From Candidatus Limnocylindria bacterium (GTDB lineage Bacteria; Chloroflexota; Limnocylindria; QHBO01), in the NCBI GenBank assembly GCA_036004845.1, contig DASYRA010000001.1, positions 71,554 through 135,553 on the forward strand: 64,000 bases of DNA, given 5' to 3'. Positions 62,442 through 64,000 of the stretch are shown piece after piece. The notes under the pieces were generated by a model. That model saw only the letters and a list, made by a program, of their open reading frames with translations, was not told where the DNA came from and did no database searches. Made by a program: the position numbers and the translations under genes. The first letter of the stretch is position 1, and the number at the start of each line of letters is the position of its first letter.

Positions 62442-64000
62442 GTGGCAAAGCAGCTCCTGTTCGACGAGGAGGCACGACGCGCGCTGAAGCGCGGGGTCGA
62501 CAAGATGGCCGACGCCGTCAAGGTCACCCTGGGCCCGCGCGGCCGGTACGCGCTCCTGGACAAGAAATACGGGTCGCCGACGATCACCAACGACGGCGTA
62601 ACCATCGCGCGCGACATCGAGCTGGAGGAACCCTACGAGAACATGGGTGCCCAGCTGCTCGAGGAGGTCGCCGCCAAGACCAACGACATCGCCGGTGACG
62701 GCACCACCACCAGCATCGTGCTGGCTCAGGCGATCATCACCGAGGGCCTCCGCAACGTGACCGCCGGGGCCAACCCGATGGCGCTCAAGCGCGGCATCGA
62801 GCGCGGCGTGGCCGCCGTGGTCGACGAGATCAAGCGGCTGAGCAAGCCCGTCCTCACCAAGGACGACATCGCCCACATCGCCGCCATCAGCGCCCGCGAC
62901 ACCGAGATCGGCGAGATGATCGCCGAGGTCATGGAGAAGGTCGGCAAGGACGGCGTGGTCACCGTCGAGGAGAGCCAGGGGCTCAAGCTCGACAAGGAGT
63001 ATGTCGAGGGGATGCAGCTCGATCGGGGCTACGTCAGCGCCTACATGGTCACCTCGAACGACGCCGGCCGCATGGAGGCGACCCTCGAGGCTCCCTACAT
63101 CCTCGTCACCGACAAGAAGATCAGCGCGGTGGCCGACATCCTGCCGACCCTTGAGAAGGTCGTCGGCGCTGGCAAGCCGCTCCTGATCGTGGCCGAGGAC
63201 GTGGACGGGGAGGCGCTCGCCACCCTGGTCGTCAACAAGCTGAAGGGCACCATCAGCGCGCTGGCCATCAAGGCCCCCGGCTTCGGCGATCGCCGCAAGG
63301 CGATGCTCGAGGACATCGCGACCCTGACCGGTGCGCGGGTCATCTCCGAGGAGGTTGGCCGCAAGCTCGACAGCGTGCTGCTCGAGGACCTCGGCCAGGC
63401 GCGTCGCGTGACCGCCACCAAGGACACCACCACCATCGTCGAGGGGAAGGGCGACGCGAACGCGATCGAGGCTCGCAAGTCCCAGATCAAGCTTCAGATC
63501 GACGACACCACCAGCGACTTCGACCGCGAGAAGCTCCAGGAGCGCCTGGCCAAGCTCTCCGGCGGCGTCGCGATCCTCAAGGTCGGCGCGGCCACCGAGG
63601 TCGAGCTGAAGGAGAAGAAGCACCGCATCGAGGATGCGCTCTCGGCGGCCCGCGCCGGGGTCGAGGAGGGGATGGTCGCCGGTGGCGGCTCGGTCCTGCT
63701 CCACGCGATCCCTGCCCTGGACAAGGTCGAGGCGCTCGGCGATGAGGCGACCGGCGTCAACATCCTGCGCCGCGCGCTGGAGGAGCCGCTCCGCCAGATC
63801 GCCGCCAACGGCGGCTGGGAGGGATCGGTCGTCGTCGAGGCGGTTCGCAAGCTGAAGCCCGGCAATGGCTGGGATGCCCAGAAGGCCGAGTACACCGACA
63901 TGTTCGTGGCCGGCATCATCGACCCGGCCAAGGTCACCCGCTCGGCACTCGAGAACGCCGCTTCGGTGGCAGCCCTGCTGCTCACCACCGAGACGGTGGT
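62442..64000 (+). CDS. groEL: Chaperonin GroEL (partial; the 3' end lies beyond the window)
   Basis: GTG start; [39 protein letters not shown], later VAGGG. Confidence 0.95.
   Translation, partial: MAKQLLFDEEARRALKRGVDKMADAVKVTLGPRGRYALLDKKYGSPTITNDGVTIARDIELEEPYENMGAQLLEEVAAKTNDIAGDGTTTSIVLAQAIITEGLRNVTAGANPMALKRGIERGVAAVVDEIKRLSKPVLTKDDIAHIAAISARDTEIGEMIAEVMEKVGKDGVVTVEESQGLKLDKEYVEGMQLDRGYVSAYMVTSNDAGRMEATLEAPYILVTDKKISAVADILPTLEKVVGAGKPLLIVAEDVDGEALATLVVNKLKGTISALAIKAPGFGDRRKAMLEDIATLTGARVISEEVGRKLDSVLLEDLGQARRVTATKDTTTIVEGKGDANAIEARKSQIKLQIDDTTSDFDREKLQERLAKLSGGVAILKVGAATEVELKEKKHRIEDALSAARAGVEEGMVAGGGSVLLHAIPALDKVEALGDEATGVNILRRALEEPLRQIAANGGWEGSVVVEAVRKLKPGNGWDAQKAEYTDMFVAGIIDPAKVTRSALENAASVAALLLTTETV

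Overview
This is a roughly 70% GC bacterial chromosomal window. Almost every gene reads on the + strand and many adjacent genes overlap by 1 or 4 nt (ATGA/GTGA junctions). The content is core housekeeping; I found no mobile elements, CRISPR arrays or obvious horizontally acquired island.

Gene order, start to end:
- a partial N-terminal membrane sensor-like protein (minus strand, runs off the window start), divergent from a mini AraC-type HTH regulator, a VOC/glyoxalase protein and a DUF1801 protein
- three hypothetical genes, then parB-parA (minus strand)
- tRNA-Met, then a methylmalonyl-CoA pathway operon: acyl-CoA carboxylase beta subunit, separate biotin carboxylase, separate BCCP, methylmalonyl-CoA mutase large subunit (no B12-binding domain), methylmalonyl-CoA epimerase, GNAT acetyltransferase
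- TCA-cycle genes: sucD-sucC (minus strand), an NAD-type isocitrate dehydrogenase, sdhCDAB
- an RNase HI-like gene followed immediately by the RNase P RNA
- a divergent pair of Cys-containing hypothetical proteins
- a complete division/cell-wall cluster: mraZ-rsmH-(ftsL)-ftsI-murF-mraY-murD-ftsW-murG-murB-ddl-ftsQ-sbp-ftsA-ftsZ-yggS-yggT-yggU. It lacks murE, murC and sepF but has ftsA and sbp (DUF1290), so it is not a classical actinobacterial layout.
- tRNA-Val, an MFS transporter, a GT4 glycosyltransferase, a NUDIX hydrolase, gcvT-gcvH-gcvPA-gcvPB
- a five-gene peptide/nickel-type ABC transporter
- a split glutamine-dependent NAD synthetase (carbon-nitrogen hydrolase plus nadE), rsmI, a lipoprotein, an SSB paralog, a small HicB/UPF0150-like ORF, a DUF1905/YdeI protein, a CPBP protease, an FNR-type reductase, metG, tatD
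- groES and the first part of groEL, preceded by a CIRCE element.

The most unusual observations:
1. The metG product has a degenerate HIGH motif (ALHS) but a KMSKS-like RMSKT.
2. Three DnaA-box-like 9-mers plus a GTGAATTCAC palindrome sit in the ftsA-ftsZ spacer.
3. An in-frame TAG separates an Arg-rich ORF with a strong RBS from the ftsL-like ORF.
4. Two copies of a CGTCTTTG-N2-CAAAGACG palindrome flank pccB.
5. The mraZ promoter is followed by four TGGnn repeats phased at 10 bp.

All coordinates I derived myself (regulatory sites, alternative starts) may be off by 1-2 nt. CDS boundaries follow the supplied ORF track wherever possible.
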